Assembly (NCBI GenBank): GCA_951406725.2
Contig: OX597827.1
Location: forward strand, 38,812,001-38,876,000
Reading direction: 5' to 3'
DNA length: 64,000 nucleotides
Origin: Octopus vulgaris
Taxonomy: Eukaryota
This document shows, piece after piece, positions 1 through 13,004 of this stretch (the stretch's first letter is position 1; each line of letters opens with the position of its first letter). Made by a program: the position numbers and the translations under genes. Under the pieces are notes generated by a model. The model had not been told where the DNA came from. It worked only from the letters and a program-made list of their open reading frames with translations, and made no database searches.

Positions 1-1149
1 CTCTAACTACTAGGCCATGTGCCTCCACAACACACACTCTTACCTTAATCTCTACCTGTCCATATACCTCCTGAGTGTCCTTCAATTATTTCTATTCCCC
101 CTACAGTCGTGTCTATTCTGTTACTCTATGCTTTACGCCTGCTCCTATTCTTCAATTACAGGGGTCATGAAAAATAGTACTCCGTATATATTTGAAAACT
201 GGTTGCATTAGGAAGGGTATCTAATTGCAGACATTAGTGCACAGTGCAGTTCTCTGATTTATTGGATGCTGTCAAATGTAACAACCATTGCCAGTATGGA
301 AGATGGATGTTAAAATTGGTGATAACTTAGAAATTGAAACGTCGTTACATTTAATGCATTTTTTTCATTTGCTGCAAATTAAAATCATTCATAATTACCA
401 TTATAAAACCTGAAGTTTATTTTTCACAGAAAAGGAAAACCTTGTTTTTACCTAGTGGACTTGCATAACTTTTTTTTAAGTACTATGTCCAGAATGTAGG
501 ACATAGGTGATGTCCTGCCACAATTCTCTCTTTACTTTGTCATAATTCCACCTCCTGATGTTTAATGCTTCTTTTCCAACCAGTTTGCCAAGCTTGACAA
601 CCATATCACCCTTCTGCTTCTTTTCCCTTCAATCTTTTCAAATATATATATACAGGGTGCTGCTTATCACTAAATTCTCCTGGCCACCTTACCTCATCTA
701 ACGACCAAGATATCTCAGTTGTTTGGCCCTTATCTCAACAAACCAATTGCCTATTTACTACAGCCTGGGTCATCTTCATTAGACACTTTGACCATGTTAC
801 TCTCAGTATTTTCCTTAAGAACCACAATTCACAGCTCTTCAAGAACCTCAGGTAGATTGAACTGCTGTGTCTGTCTGCCTTATATCACTACTAGTCTAGG
901 ATTGAGATAGATGTTGGTCTTTTGATTTAAATGTGATATTTCTTGAGTTGGTGACCAAAGAAGGGATTTAAAATATTTAATAACTGACTGGGCTAGCTTT
1001 TTTGGTTAAAGGTTTGTCACCTTAGGGTTCTAAATTTGATCATATCCTCAGTATCGGTGCAAAACTGTCCCACTAATACAGAACCCCTCAAACCTGGGCA
1101 GTGAAAGATTATCAAATATGTTAATGCATTGAAACTTGGTTGCAGTATA

Positions 1150-1500
1150 CTTTTACTTGTTTGCCATTTGACTGACCATGCTGGAGTACCGCCTTTAGTT
1201 GAACAAATCGACCCCAGTTCTTATTCTTTGTAAGCCTAATACTTATTCTATTGGTCTCCTTTGTCGAACTGCTAAGTTTCGGGGACGTGAACACATCAAC
1301 ATCAGTTATCAAGCAGTGGTGGAGAGACACACACACAAACATATATGACGGGCTTCTTTCAGTTTCTGTCTTCAAAATCCACTCATGGCTTAGGCCAGCC
1401 CTAGGTTTTAGAAGACACTGGCCTAAGGTGCCATGCAGTGGGACTGAAACTGGAACCATGTGGTTGGAAAGCAAGTTTTTTATCACACAGTCACACCTGC
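1150..1500 (-). mobile_element. tRNA-derived octopus-type SINE, near full length
   Basis: Same head and tail as the copies at 1755-2662, 4490-4800, 21280-21655 and 28465-28722. Confidence 0.85.
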
Positions 1501-1754
1501 ACCTGATTTTTTTTCCTAACTATTTCTGAGTAGCCATGATTTAGTATTTCTAAATGTTACAAATCTGCAATATTCCAATATTTGGTAATTGCTTGATATT
1601 TTCAATAAAACCAATAGTTCTGAAATTCCCACTTAGGGCTGCTTAACTCTTCAGCACTCAGATTACTCTGTCAAATCTAATGCATCACAATTGTTTTGAA
1701 TTGATCATGCATATCTCAGCTTCACAATTTTGATGATGTGGCTTTTCTATTCTT

Positions 1755-2662
1755 TCTTTTACTTCTTTCAGTCATTTGACTGGCCATGCTGGAGCACCAC
1801 CTTCAGTCGAACAAATCGACCCTAGGACTTATTCTTTGTAAGCCTAGTATTGTTTCTATCAATCTTTTTGCGGACGTAAACATACCAACATCGGTTGTCA
1901 AGTGATGGTGGTTGGGACAAACAAACACACAAATATATATATATACACAGGCATACTTTGGCTTAAGTCATTCTCGATTATACGTCGGCTTTCAAAAATA
2001 ATATATGGAAAATTAGAAATCAAATTAGGTTGTTTTATTCAACTTTACGTCTGTCCGCCACAAACATTGGAATCATAAAAGCACATAAAGCCATATTACT
2101 GTCAGAATAAAAGCATATAAAATCATATTAATATGCATAGTAAAGTAGTATAGTTTAGTGAACAAAATCATGAAATCACCAAATTGTATGTATGTTGGTA
2201 AATTTAATATTTTTTTTTTTTTACTGTTGCGAAATAATAATTATTGAATTTGTTTTTTAAGCTTAAAAAATGCTTTTATTTTACCATGTCTTATTGCAAA
2301 CCACATTCATATATAAAGCATCTGCAATGTACGGTAAAAACCACCAAATTGTATTCGTAAATTTAGATTACTTTTTTTTACTGTATTTTTAGCTTAAAAT
2401 AGGTTTTTATTAACCATAAAGTACAGAACTGGAAATGGTTATCAGTTTAGCCTAGAGACAAGTTAATTTGACTTGTCGTGTCTCCAGGAACCAATTAACA
2501 ACATAGGGTGAAGTATGCCTGTATATATATATACAACGGGCTTCTTTCAGTTTCCATCTACCAAATCCACTCACAAGGACACTTGTGCAAGGTGCCACGC
2601 AGTGGGACTGAACCCAGAACCATGTGGTTGGTAAGCAAGCTACTTACCACACAGCAATGCCT
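1755..2662 (-). mobile_element. tRNA-derived octopus-type SINE interrupted by a MITE
   Basis: Tail at 1755-1945 (cagtcatttgactggccatgctggagcacc...) and head at 2522-2662 (gtgggactgaacccagaaccatgtggttggtaagcaagctacttaccacacagc); the reverse complement of the head gives tRNA A/B-box-like sequence. Confidence 0.85.
1948..2521. mobile_element. Tc1/mariner- or pogo-like MITE
   Basis: TIRs caggcatactt / aagtatgcctg; inserted into the (TA)n linker of the SINE; AT-rich non-coding interior. Confidence 0.7.
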
Positions 2663-2928
2663 GTTTTTCAAAAGATATTGTAGAGCAGGTCTGAGAGGCC
2701 AGATCTGGTTGATTTGAACATAAAACAGGTAGAATATTCGGCTGGTTTAAATGCAAAAGGGTTAACACTAGTTCTTACATCAACAATTGACAATTTCACA
2801 TTTCTCTGAATCGGCCATAAATTGTATTAATTTGTCCTTTTGTTTCTTAATTGTTGAAGAACTTGTTATTTCACGTACAATGATGTTTCTTCTTCCTCTT
2901 TTAATGTCCACTTTTTCATGGGTCCGAT

Positions 2929-4346
2929 CAGTGGTTCCCAACCGATTTTTGGCCCATGCCCTATCGAATCATTTTTAAAATCCTGATATTTAACTTTTGT
3001 TATTCAAAATTTGTTTAATGTTAAAAAAAAAAAAATAGTGTAATGGACGTAAGGAAAATGTGTAGGAAACGAATATAAAAAAAATGCGCAGAAATCAACA
3101 GGGAGTTTTCCCCTCATAACTTTCAGGAAAATGTTTTTTTTTAATGAAATTTTATATAAATACCTTTCAACCAGCATAGATTACGATTATAAAGAAATTT
3201 GTGGGAAAACCTTCACCGAGGAGTGAGGAGAAGACTTTACAAGATCCAAGCTTTTCGCCCATAACTTGGTGACAGTTTATCGTGGATAGCAGCTATAAAT
3301 CCAAATTTTAAATATTCCTCTGAATATTGACGAACATTTTTTACTTGCACTATTCATTTTATGTATTTTTGAATCAGCATAACAACAGATTTCTTCGCCC
3401 CTGATTTTGGATGATCATAGCTTTCAGAAAAATGAATATTTTAAATGAAATTCTCTATGAATATGAGTTATATCATGTACATTCCAAATATATACATTTT
3501 TTTTTTTTAGGTGGGAAATTTCGGAAATTTCACTTCAATTCGTTTCAACTTTCAAGAAATCGATACTTTTTAAATGAAATTCTCTACAAATATACCTCGG
3601 ACTATGTGGATTCTGAGGACATAGGAATTTTGGGGGAAAACAATTAGGGGCTATTTTTGACAGTTGTTCTCCACTTGCGGGTGTTTCTGAAAAAGTCGCC
3701 CATATTTGTTTCATTTTCTCCGTTTTGTGCGTTTGTGCATCCATAGATTTCTGCCCCCCCCCCCCCCAAATATGTAATTAAAAAGTCCAAACAGGGAATT
3801 ATTCTATTCAATATCATGTTTTACACTTCTATACTTAACTGTGCATGTATATTCCTTATTTTTGCTTCTGTCATTCTATTAGAAACGTTTACCTGGGAAT
3901 ACAGTGAAAAAAAAAATCGTATGCAACAGATAAGTCGTCTTAAAATATTTCTGTGTACCAGACCATTAGCTTCAAAAGGAAAAGATCTGCTGTTGTTTTT
4001 AGCATAACGAGTTTTCTGGTGAGGGCTTTATTGTCTGTTTGTTGCTTCAGAAGAAATCTACGGATGCACAAACGCACAAAACGAAACAAATATGGACGAC
4101 TAAATCGAAGGAAATAACATTTCTTCTTTAGTGACATCAGATTTATGAATAGGATGAAAACGACCTGTTGTCTCTAAACTGTCAAAAATTTGATGAAATT
4201 TTTTTCAATAACTCATCCTCGATTTGCCCCCCTTTCTCTTTATTGGTATGCTAAACATTGTGTACAGCATAACCCCTATACATGCCTCATCAAAATATTA
4301 CCATGCCCCCACTGGTGGGGTATACGCCCCACGTTGGGAATCACGG
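2929..4346. mobile_element. Non-autonomous hAT-like DNA transposon (about 1.4 kb)
   Basis: TIRs cagtggttcccaac / gttgggaatcacgg; degenerate 8-bp TSD ggtccgat / ggccagat; the flanks rejoin into one minus-strand SINE tail similar to 6425-6530; no transposase ORF recognised. Confidence 0.75.
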
Positions 4347-4489
4347 GGCCAGATGGAATTTATCGAGGCACATTTATCACAACTGGAAGCTCTTCCTATC
4401 ACCAACTTCCCAATTTCCAAGTAAGGTAACAGTTCCCTATGACTAGATGTTTGTCACAGAAGACTGGATATGAACAATGCTACAGGCAT

Positions 4490-4895
4490 TATGGCAGTTC
4501 TTTAGTTGAATAAACCGACCCCAGGCTTAGCTTTCTTTTAAAGCCTGATACTTACTTCATTGGTCCTTTTTGCTGAACTGCTAAGCTACAGGGATATAAA
4601 CACACCAACACCTGTTCTCAAACACATACATAATATATACACAGTAGGCTTCTTTCGGTTTCCATTACCAAATCCACTTACAAGGCTTTGGTCGACCCAA
4701 AGCTATAGTAGAAGACACCCAAGGTGCCACACAGTGGGGCTGAACTCAGAACCATGTGGTTGGGAAGTAAACTTCTTACTACACAACCACCTCTGTGCCT
4801 TTACGATAGGTTTCTTTCAGTTTCCACACAGTGGGACTGAACTCGAGTCTACATGGATGGGAAGCAAGCTTCTTAAACCACACAGCCACATCTGC
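4490..4895 (-). mobile_element. Octopus-type SINE plus a second partial SINE head
   Basis: gaccccagg...ccaaatccact...ggtgccacacagtggggctgaactcagaaccatgtggttggg, followed by a second head at about 4805-4895. Confidence 0.75.
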
Positions 4896-5109
4896 ACCTC
4901 AGGCTTACAATGTTAGAATTACCTGCTTTCTTTTCACACTTTCTCTTAACTGGTTACTCTTGTTAACATTGGAAAACCTTTTTACTAACAAGTGTGCAAA
5001 ATATAAACAAAGTTTGAGATGAAATAGATGCTGGTCACTAGGAATGACAGCGTTTAGCAGGGAACAAATCTGACCATTAGGTTTACTGGATTAACAGAGC
5101 TTGACTGTA

Positions 5110-5690
5110 TTAACTCTTTTGATACTAATCTGTCTTAGACAACACCTAGTTCTACCATGCCAACATCCTGCTCAACCCTTCAGCATTCAGATTATTTTGT
5201 CCAGTGTCAAACTTTTTTTTATTCAGTTTTGAATTAATCATGCATTATCTTGAACCGTTGAGATTTTGATGATGTGGTTGCTTATTTTTAGAATGACAGT
5301 GTAGGTCGGGCATGAGAGGTCAGATATGGCCAGTTTGAACATAAAACAAAGAATATTTGGGCAGATATGGCTGTTTTAATGCTAAAGGGTTAAAGTAATG
5401 CTTATTTATTCACGCTGTTTTGAATTTAATCATGTCTTATCTCATAGCTTTGAGATTTCAATGATGTGATTGTTTAATTTTAGAATGATATTGTAGGATA
5501 GTTGTGAGAAGCTGGATCTGGCCAATTTGAACACAATACAGAATATTTGGACCACACAGGGCCAGTTTAAATGCTAAAGGATAAGCAAGTTTAATAATGA
5601 TCCTGTTATTTTACTAAATTCTTCATTATTTTAAAAATTGAAACAAAGGCCATGTATTTCAAAAAGAATAACGGTAATGAAAAAGTTAAT
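5110..5690. mobile_element. TTAA-type MITE (family B) containing nested family-A copies (5176-5389 complete, about 5395-5580 partial)
   Basis: Outer ends ttaactcttttgatact... and ...gaaaaagttaa resemble 37153+, 42952+ and the reversed copy at 53309-53470; the inner element runs cccttcagcatt...aatgctaaaggg-ttaa. Confidence 0.6.
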
Positions 5691-6545
5691 TTTATCAAGG
5701 CATCAAACTGGTGCCAGTACTTTGCTGTATTAATTCCTGTAACTTTATCTTGAGTTCAACTGTCATTCATCATTTCAAATTTGATAAAATACCAGCCAAG
5801 CATTGGATTTGATAAATTTCTATTTAAATCGTTTTTGTAATTTAAAAAGTCTTGCCTTCTCAGTGTTACTCTCATTCAAATTGATAAGTATGTCAGATAA
5901 CATGTACCTGAGAAATTTTTGGTTATTTTCACTGTCACTGCTTGTTTTGATTCTAGAGCAGTGCTCTAAAACCATTTTTTCACTTGCAGTACACTTATTA
6001 TTCTTTTCAAAATTTGGCAGCACACCTGAACTAAAAATATAACTAAAAGTATAGGAGAAAAAAATTATATTCAGGTTACACTGCGACACACCAGTATATG
6101 TCGTAGCATATCAGTTGCAGAGCATTGTTCTTGAGCAAAGCTGAAATAAATTTTTCTGAAGAAGACAACTTGACATATACGAACAGGTACATCTCACCAT
6201 CATCAGCTTTTGAATGTCCACTTTTCCTTGCTTGCATGGGTCTGCTGGATGCCTTTTGTTGTCAACCCTCACCCATTTCCAAGCAAAGTAATATCTCCTT
6301 TTTGTTTGGCATGTTCTTGAAGAATATTGGAAATGAATAACATGCCTGTGTGATAGTGATGCCCATTTACAACTATAATATGATGTCAAGGTAAAGAGGT
6401 ACACACACACATATATATTAAATATTACCTTACTTGGAAATAGGTGAGGAATGGAAACAGAGCATCTAGCTGTAGGAAATCCACTGCAACAAATTCTATC
6501 CAACACATGCCATCATGAAGAAGTGGACATATATATATATACACA

Positions 6546-7776
6546 CAGGTTGGACAAAATAATGGAAACACATAGCACCATAATTTTGAAATATCTATAA
6601 AACCATCAAAACCCCGTTTATTTTTATGTTTTTTGATTTATTATTAGTGTTGCTTAATATGTTTTGTTAAAATTGCTGTTGCGTTTCAAATATCATCAGA
6701 GAAAGGTAATTAAAATGACAGATCTATTGGACTTTCAAAGAGGTCAAATTGTTGGTGCTCATATGGCAGGCGTTAGCATAGCGAAAACAGCCAAAATGTT
6801 TGGTGTATCAAGAAGTACCGTCTCGAAAGTAATGACAGCCTTTGAGAAAGAGGGAAAAACCTCTGCGTCGAAACAAAACTCTGGAAGAAAACCAAAACTT
6901 TCAGATAGGGACCATCGGACTCTTATGCAAATTGTTAGAAAGGATCACAAAAGTACAGATCCCAAAATTACTGTAGAGCTTCATGACCACCTCGAGAACC
7001 TAGTTTCCACAAAAACTGTTCGCTGGGAGCTGCACAAAGCCGAATATCATGGGAGGGCTGCAATCAGAAAACCACTACTTCCAAAAACAAACATTGCAAA
7101 GCATTTAGAGTGGAGTAAAAACCTACAGAATCGGTCCCTAGAGCAGTGGAAGAATGTTATTTTCTCGGACAAGTCATCCTTTACCTTATTTCTGACCACC
7201 AGCTGAATATAAGTGTGGAGACAGCCAAAAGAAGCATTTGACCTAGACTGCCTTCTTCCAACTGTTAAACATGGAGGAGGATCTGTTATGATCTGGGCTG
7301 GGGGGGGGGGGTTATATCTTGGAAATCTGCCAGCCTAATGGTTTCCCTTCATGGCAGAGTTAATAGTCAAGACTATTTAAGTATTTTATCTGACCAAATT
7401 CATCCTATGGTTGTGGAACAGTTTCTGGAGGGAAACACAATCATTCATGATGATAATGCACCAATTCACACAGCTAAAGTTGTTACTGAATGGCATGAGG
7501 AACATTCTAGTGAAGTCAAATATCTTATCTGGCCACCACAGTCCCCAGATTAAAATATTATTGAACATTTATGGTGCCCACCATCATTATTACAAGTACC
7601 GGAGACTGTTTTAGCTGAAGAATGGATAAAAATTCCATTGGAAACAATTCTAACTTTGTACGAGTCTACACCTTGTAGGGTTCAAGCTGTAATTACTGCC
7701 AAAGGCGGTCCCACCCCGTATTAAAATAAATTTGTTTGAAATTTTAAAGTGTTTCCATTATTTTGTCTAATCCCTG
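6546..7776 (+). mobile_element. Tc1/mariner DNA transposon (about 1.23 kb), DD36E (Incomer-like), inactive
   Basis: TIRs caggttggacaaaataatggaaacac (6546-6571) and gtgtttccattattttgtctaatccctg (7749-7776); TA at the right flank, inside a TA/CA microsatellite; internal transposase remnant. Confidence 0.92.
6715..7724 (+). pseudogene. Tc1-family transposase pseudogene
   Basis: HTH region (QRGQIVG...FGVSRSTVSKV), GRKPKL, VIFSDKSSF, PTVKHGGGSVMIW, DDNAPIH, WPPQSPD*NIIEHLW and C-terminal AKGGPTPY*. Disabled by stops at 7204, 7210 and 7551, a poly-G frameshift near 7300 and an apparent deletion after HLW. Confidence 0.92.
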
Positions 7777-7809
<33 letters not shown>

Positions 7810-8003
7810 ACACACACTTTTTATCAATACCGAAAAAAGTCTTCACAAACTATTACTCAGAGTTTTATGCATCATTTGTCAAAAAGTTAGTGAAGATATT
7901 TTTTTAGGCTTTAATAAAAAGTGTATTACTCTATCTTTGGTATTTGAGTACTATTTTCTTCCTTCTTGTTTTACCTTTATGTGTTTACATGTGTATGTGT
8001 GCA

Positions 8004-8039
<36 letters not shown>

Positions 8040-8043
<4 letters not shown>

Positions 8044-8195
8044 GATGGACTTCCAGTTTCTGTTTACCAAATCCACTCAGAAGGCTTTGGTCTGCCTGGG
8101 GCTATAGTAGAAGGCACTTTCCCAAGGTGCAATGCAGTGGAACTGAACCAGGAACCATGTGGCCAGGAAGCAAGCTTCTTAACACACAGCTATGC
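8040..8195 (-). mobile_element. Octopus-type SINE head fragment
   Basis: ccaaatccactc...aggctttggtctgcctggggctatagtagaagg...gcagtggaactgaaccaggaaccatgtgg. Confidence 0.75.
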
Positions 8196-11100
8196 CTGCG
8201 TCTTTGTGTATATATGTACCAAAAGATATTAAAAACAGCCAAGAGCCATGATTATTATAAGTATTTTTTTTTGTTGGTGCTAGTGAGTAACTTTGTTTCA
8301 AAATGTTGGATGGTGGAGATGATGTCCCACAGCTGTTAGAATAGTGAAACTACATAGAACACAAAGGCAGTTTGGTTATTTCATATCTGAAAATAAGGTG
8401 GAATTAATCAAAACAATTCCAAGAATGTTCAACCACAATCTTTATTGATGAGAGGAGGATAGAAAGAGAGAGAGAGAAAAATGATTATAGACATGAGATG
8501 TTTGACAATAAACAAATGTGGACTACTTTAAAGACTGGTTGGTTGTGACAAAAAGTCACCAAGAATGAAGGATGTAATGGGGAGGAGGTGGAGTGGGAGT
8601 GATCGGCTTTGTATCACATGACTAACTTCAGCGTTAGTCACAGCAAGGAGGTTATTTGTTTATCCCTCTCAGAACTGACTTGGATGAAGGAGATGGAACC
8701 ATTGTCAGGAATTTCAATAGAATGGATTTGTTCCCAAGTAATATGTATATATATATGTTTAACAAAAAAAAAAAAAAAATTCTTGTGTTGATTTTAAAGT
8801 GTTGGCAAGAACTTGTGAACTCCATGATAGTTCTTTTTTATCTTCTTTTTTTCATTTAATTGTTCCCCACCCAGTTCTTTAAATAAAGACCTCCTCCTCC
8901 CCAATGTTGCTTCTGCTTCATGGAAGTAGAAGACTTGAAACAACTGAGCAAATCTTCAGGACACATTTATCTGGCTGTTCCGTCAGTGACTCAAAATGGG
9001 AAGAGAAAGAAAGATAGAGATAGACAGAGAGATAGGATTCGATGAAAGATAATAATAATAATGATAATATATATTTATTTATATATACATATTTATTTAT
9101 TATATGAATTAGGCAACATCATTCCTGGCATTGAACAAAGAGTTTGGTCATGTTTATACCAAGCAGAAGGCTAAGCTTCGTTTATGATACATAATGAATG
9201 GGGGGAGGGGGCCATCCACGCACAAAGTGAACTTAATTCTCAGAGTAAAACATCTAAAAACCTGTAATGTTACAGTAATAAATAAGGTAATAATTGTTGT
9301 TCACTAGAAATTAAAGTAAATTAATTGTAAAGTTTCATGAATCTTCTATGAGGATAGAAAAGGTAAAAATATTCAACTTAAACTATGAATAAAATATATG
9401 AATTTATTTACAGCACTGATGAGATGAATATTTTTCTTAAAGAAAACCAAACTGGCTTAAACCAGAAAGGTTCGGAGAGTAATTTACATATATATATATA
9501 TATATCCAACTCCAGAGTTGATGTAAAATAATTTTGAGTTTAAATCTCTTAAGTGACCATCTATAGATAAGACAATCCATAAAATATGATTTGGAACTTG
9601 TGTCATACTGTCTATGTGTTCTCTGGTTAAGACTGTATATTATCCATTATATTGATAACCATCTAATTATATAGACAGATGAAATAAAAAAAAAATCCTT
9701 TTAATGGCTATATATAGCATAATCTGAATATACATGCAGTTCTTAGTTGGGCTCTGCTAACCAACTGATGCTGGATTAAATTACGCTTCCTTTCTGATGA
9801 TCTGGTGTTATAACGTATTTATGCAATTGTCTTTGTAATAATTACCACATGGTATACTAGCACATGCTAGTGAAACACATGTAAACATTATGTAATTTAT
9901 GATGTTTATAACATTAAAAAAAAATATTAAACCAAATCTCCACTTTTATTCTGCTCGTGTATGTATATGTGTGTATGTATTATTTAGAACCGGTATTTAT
10001 ATGGTCACGAAGAATTGACCAATACACACTATGTGAATGATGAATAATTATGTAAATTATGGGCTGGACTGCAGAATTGATAGAACAGATATAGGTATTA
10101 CATTATATTTGGAGATTAAATCCTGCTCATGTTTATTTTGTTTATCAACCTTCTGTGGTCACTAAAAAAATTAGCACTAAGAAGGTGTTGATGTAATCAA
10201 CTACATCTCAGAAGATAGTGCCTCAGGATGGTTATAGTCGAATGACAGAAGCCAGTGGAAAGGGAGAAAGCGTTAATTTTGTTATTGTTCTAAAAAGGCA
10301 TGCTATAATTAATACCTCTGATTCACATACAAGCTTCCCTATACAACTTGTGAAATTTATTGACAATTAAATCTATGAAAACTTTTGAAAGAGCAGGCTT
10401 CAATAGTTCAAGTGTAAAAGCAAATACTTGATAGCTTTTAAAATTTTTTTCTTTGAAGTGAGTCAAGCTATATTCGACGGATCTTTTTTTTTTTTTTATA
10501 GATTTCTAAAGGAAGAGGAAAGAGGTGAGGATTAATTGTTGCCATGGTGGTGATATTTGAACATGTGATGGGACTAGGAAGTAGGAATAGACAGCACCGC
10601 CAAAATCTTTTTTTACAGAATTTCTCAATCAGTCGAACAACAAAATGAAGATAAGTCAAAATAAAATAAAATAAAATAAATAAGAGAAATGAACACAAAA
10701 TATCATTAATTCCCAGGTTTTTTTCCATTTTCTTTTTTTTGTTTTTTTATATATAGACATTTATATAATTTCAAATTTTTCTTCTTCCTTTCAACATTAT
10801 TTGCAAGAGATCACTCTCTCTTTTTCAATTTTCGTTTTCTCTTAATATTACAAAATACAAATAAATAATATTTTTGTTGTTTGTTTGTTGTGTTTTCTTT
10901 TTTTGAAATAAATGTAGTTGTTGAATGGCTGAAGAGAACAGATAGATGCTTCACAGAGAAGGAGGAGTAAGGGAGAAGAGAAGTGTGGGACACCTCGACA
11001 ATAGAAACCAGCAATACAGACAAAATAGTGTACAAGAAATGGTCAGAGTAGATGGGGACGGGTGGGTAGGGGGAATGAAGAGAGTAACATACAACTTGGG

Positions 11101-12968
11101 AGGTCAATGTCTATGGAGAGAAAGAATAGCAAATGAGAACCCTTCTGTTTTGAGTTAGATTTATAAGAGAGGTAGGTAGGTGGTGAGAAGAATATATAAG
11201 AGAGAGCAAAAGGTGGGAAGGAAATGAAGCTAACAAGAACATTTCATTTGAGTGGGTAGATAGAAACACATGCATACACACACACACATATATTTTTATA
11301 TGTATACACATATCTATGTGATATTTTTATATGCACATATTCACACTTTTCACTTTTATCAGTCATTGAAAAAAAAACTTTGATATATAAATGCACACAT
11401 ACGCACATTCCTTTTATTCATATTAATCATTTGACTATAGCCATGCTGGGGCACAAATACATACATGTGTGTGTGTGTGTGTGAGTGTGTACCTGTGTGT
11501 GTGTGTGTGTGTGCGCGCGTTTGACAAACACACAAATGGCCTGATCCAAGTTGTTACACACTAATGTCGTGATACTGACTATGGAGTGTAATTGCTATTG
11601 CTAATGAAGTTTTCATTGGTTGAATAATACTATATAAAATTATATGCACATAATCTTCATTTCAGAAATATGAGTCAATTACATTGCAGCACTGAATTTT
11701 CGTCATCAAGGTCAAATCTGCAAGGAGATACTGGTGCCTACTTGGTTGCACAATATTGGTCAGACGAAGCAACATTTCTTTTGGATGGAGTTATCAATCA
11801 GTTTATGTTGCAGATAATAATTGCCATCAAACTTCAATGAAAAGTGTGGCAAATCCTGGACTGAGTATTTTCTTGGGGCTGTAATAAACCAATCATTATA
11901 TCCAGATTTCAAGAGCTAACCTCTGGTCTGTTCTTATTTCATTGCTCTGTTATGATTTAATATATTTATTGCGTAACAACTATGACAGACCATAAGTATA
12001 TAAATACACACACACACGTGTGTGCATGTGTTTATATATATATATGTATGTATGTAATATATAACATATATACACAACATATGTATATACACACACAAAC
12101 ACACACATTATACATATGGAGAAAGAGAGAGAGAGAAAACAGAGAAGGTACTAAGTACAAAACTTACATGATCTGTGGAGCTGAAGAGAACGACAAATTT
12201 TTTTTCTTCAGGTTTGTGAACAACAATGACAGCAAACCACACACAGCTTATAAATAACAGCAACTAACATAAACTATTGCCTTTCTTTCTTTTTTTTTTA
12301 AAATCAAATTCATTAATTAATGAAGAGAAATAATGTATATATATATATATATATATATATGATTTAAAATTAAACCAAACTAATCTTATATACAGAAGAA
12401 AAAGAAAAGTTCTGTAAGGATTCTACACTTAAGAAGGGAGGAGAGAGAAAGAGTGAGAGAAAGAAAAAGACTTTGATCTCCAAGAACTTATTTTATCTTC
12501 CATCTGAGGTCAATAAAATAAGTAATAGTTTTTCTTTTTTCCTAGCTTCAAGATGGTTGTATGAGCAGAAGCATTCCAGCCTTGACTATCCCATCTTTTC
12601 TTTTTAGGCATAGTGTATCCCAGACTAAAGGGTGTGATTAGAGGGAGGTCTAGCAAGCAGAGCAACCTTGTGTAGGCTCCAGCATTGGCTCATTATAAAG
12701 TACAAGATGGTAAAACTTGTGCCAGGAATTTATATAAATTAAATTGACTGACTAGAATCTTTCTAGAAGGTGGTGCCCCAGCATGGCCACAGTTGAATGA
12801 CTGATACCTCAGTGAAAAGAAGAAGAGAAGAATGGGAGTGCTTTGTTGACTACATGCAAGAATATTAGTGGAGAATGAATCGATCAAGTTTATAACAGAA
12901 CAACAGAAGGACCGACCATCCCCTCCAAGACAGACAGGGATGAAGAGACATTGTGTGTGTGTGTGTGT

Positions 12969-13004
<36 letters not shown>

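Larger units (their letters stand above)
1647..2761. mobile_element. piggyBac-like MITE (family A) split by a SINE and a nested MITE
   Basis: TTAA on both sides; ends ctcttcagcact... and ...aatgcaaaaggg; segments 1647-1750 and 2663-2761 are collinear with the uninterrupted copy at 5176-5389. Confidence 0.75.

Noticed and set aside
1121-1529. ORFs of 121 and 92 aa, and similar ORFs at 2508, 4560, 7966, 28528 and 61585 sharing 'SGTEP.TMWL' peptides
   Set aside because: The shared peptides come from SINE copies, not from a protein family.
2580-2660. tRNA-like A/B-box sequences here and in other SINE heads
   Set aside because: They are followed by SINE bodies and lack a complete cloverleaf, so they are not called tRNA genes.
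2765-2920. Short open frame on the minus strand (HEKVDIKRGRRNII...)
   Set aside because: It begins inside a SINE tail cut by the hAT element and has no start codon or acceptor support.
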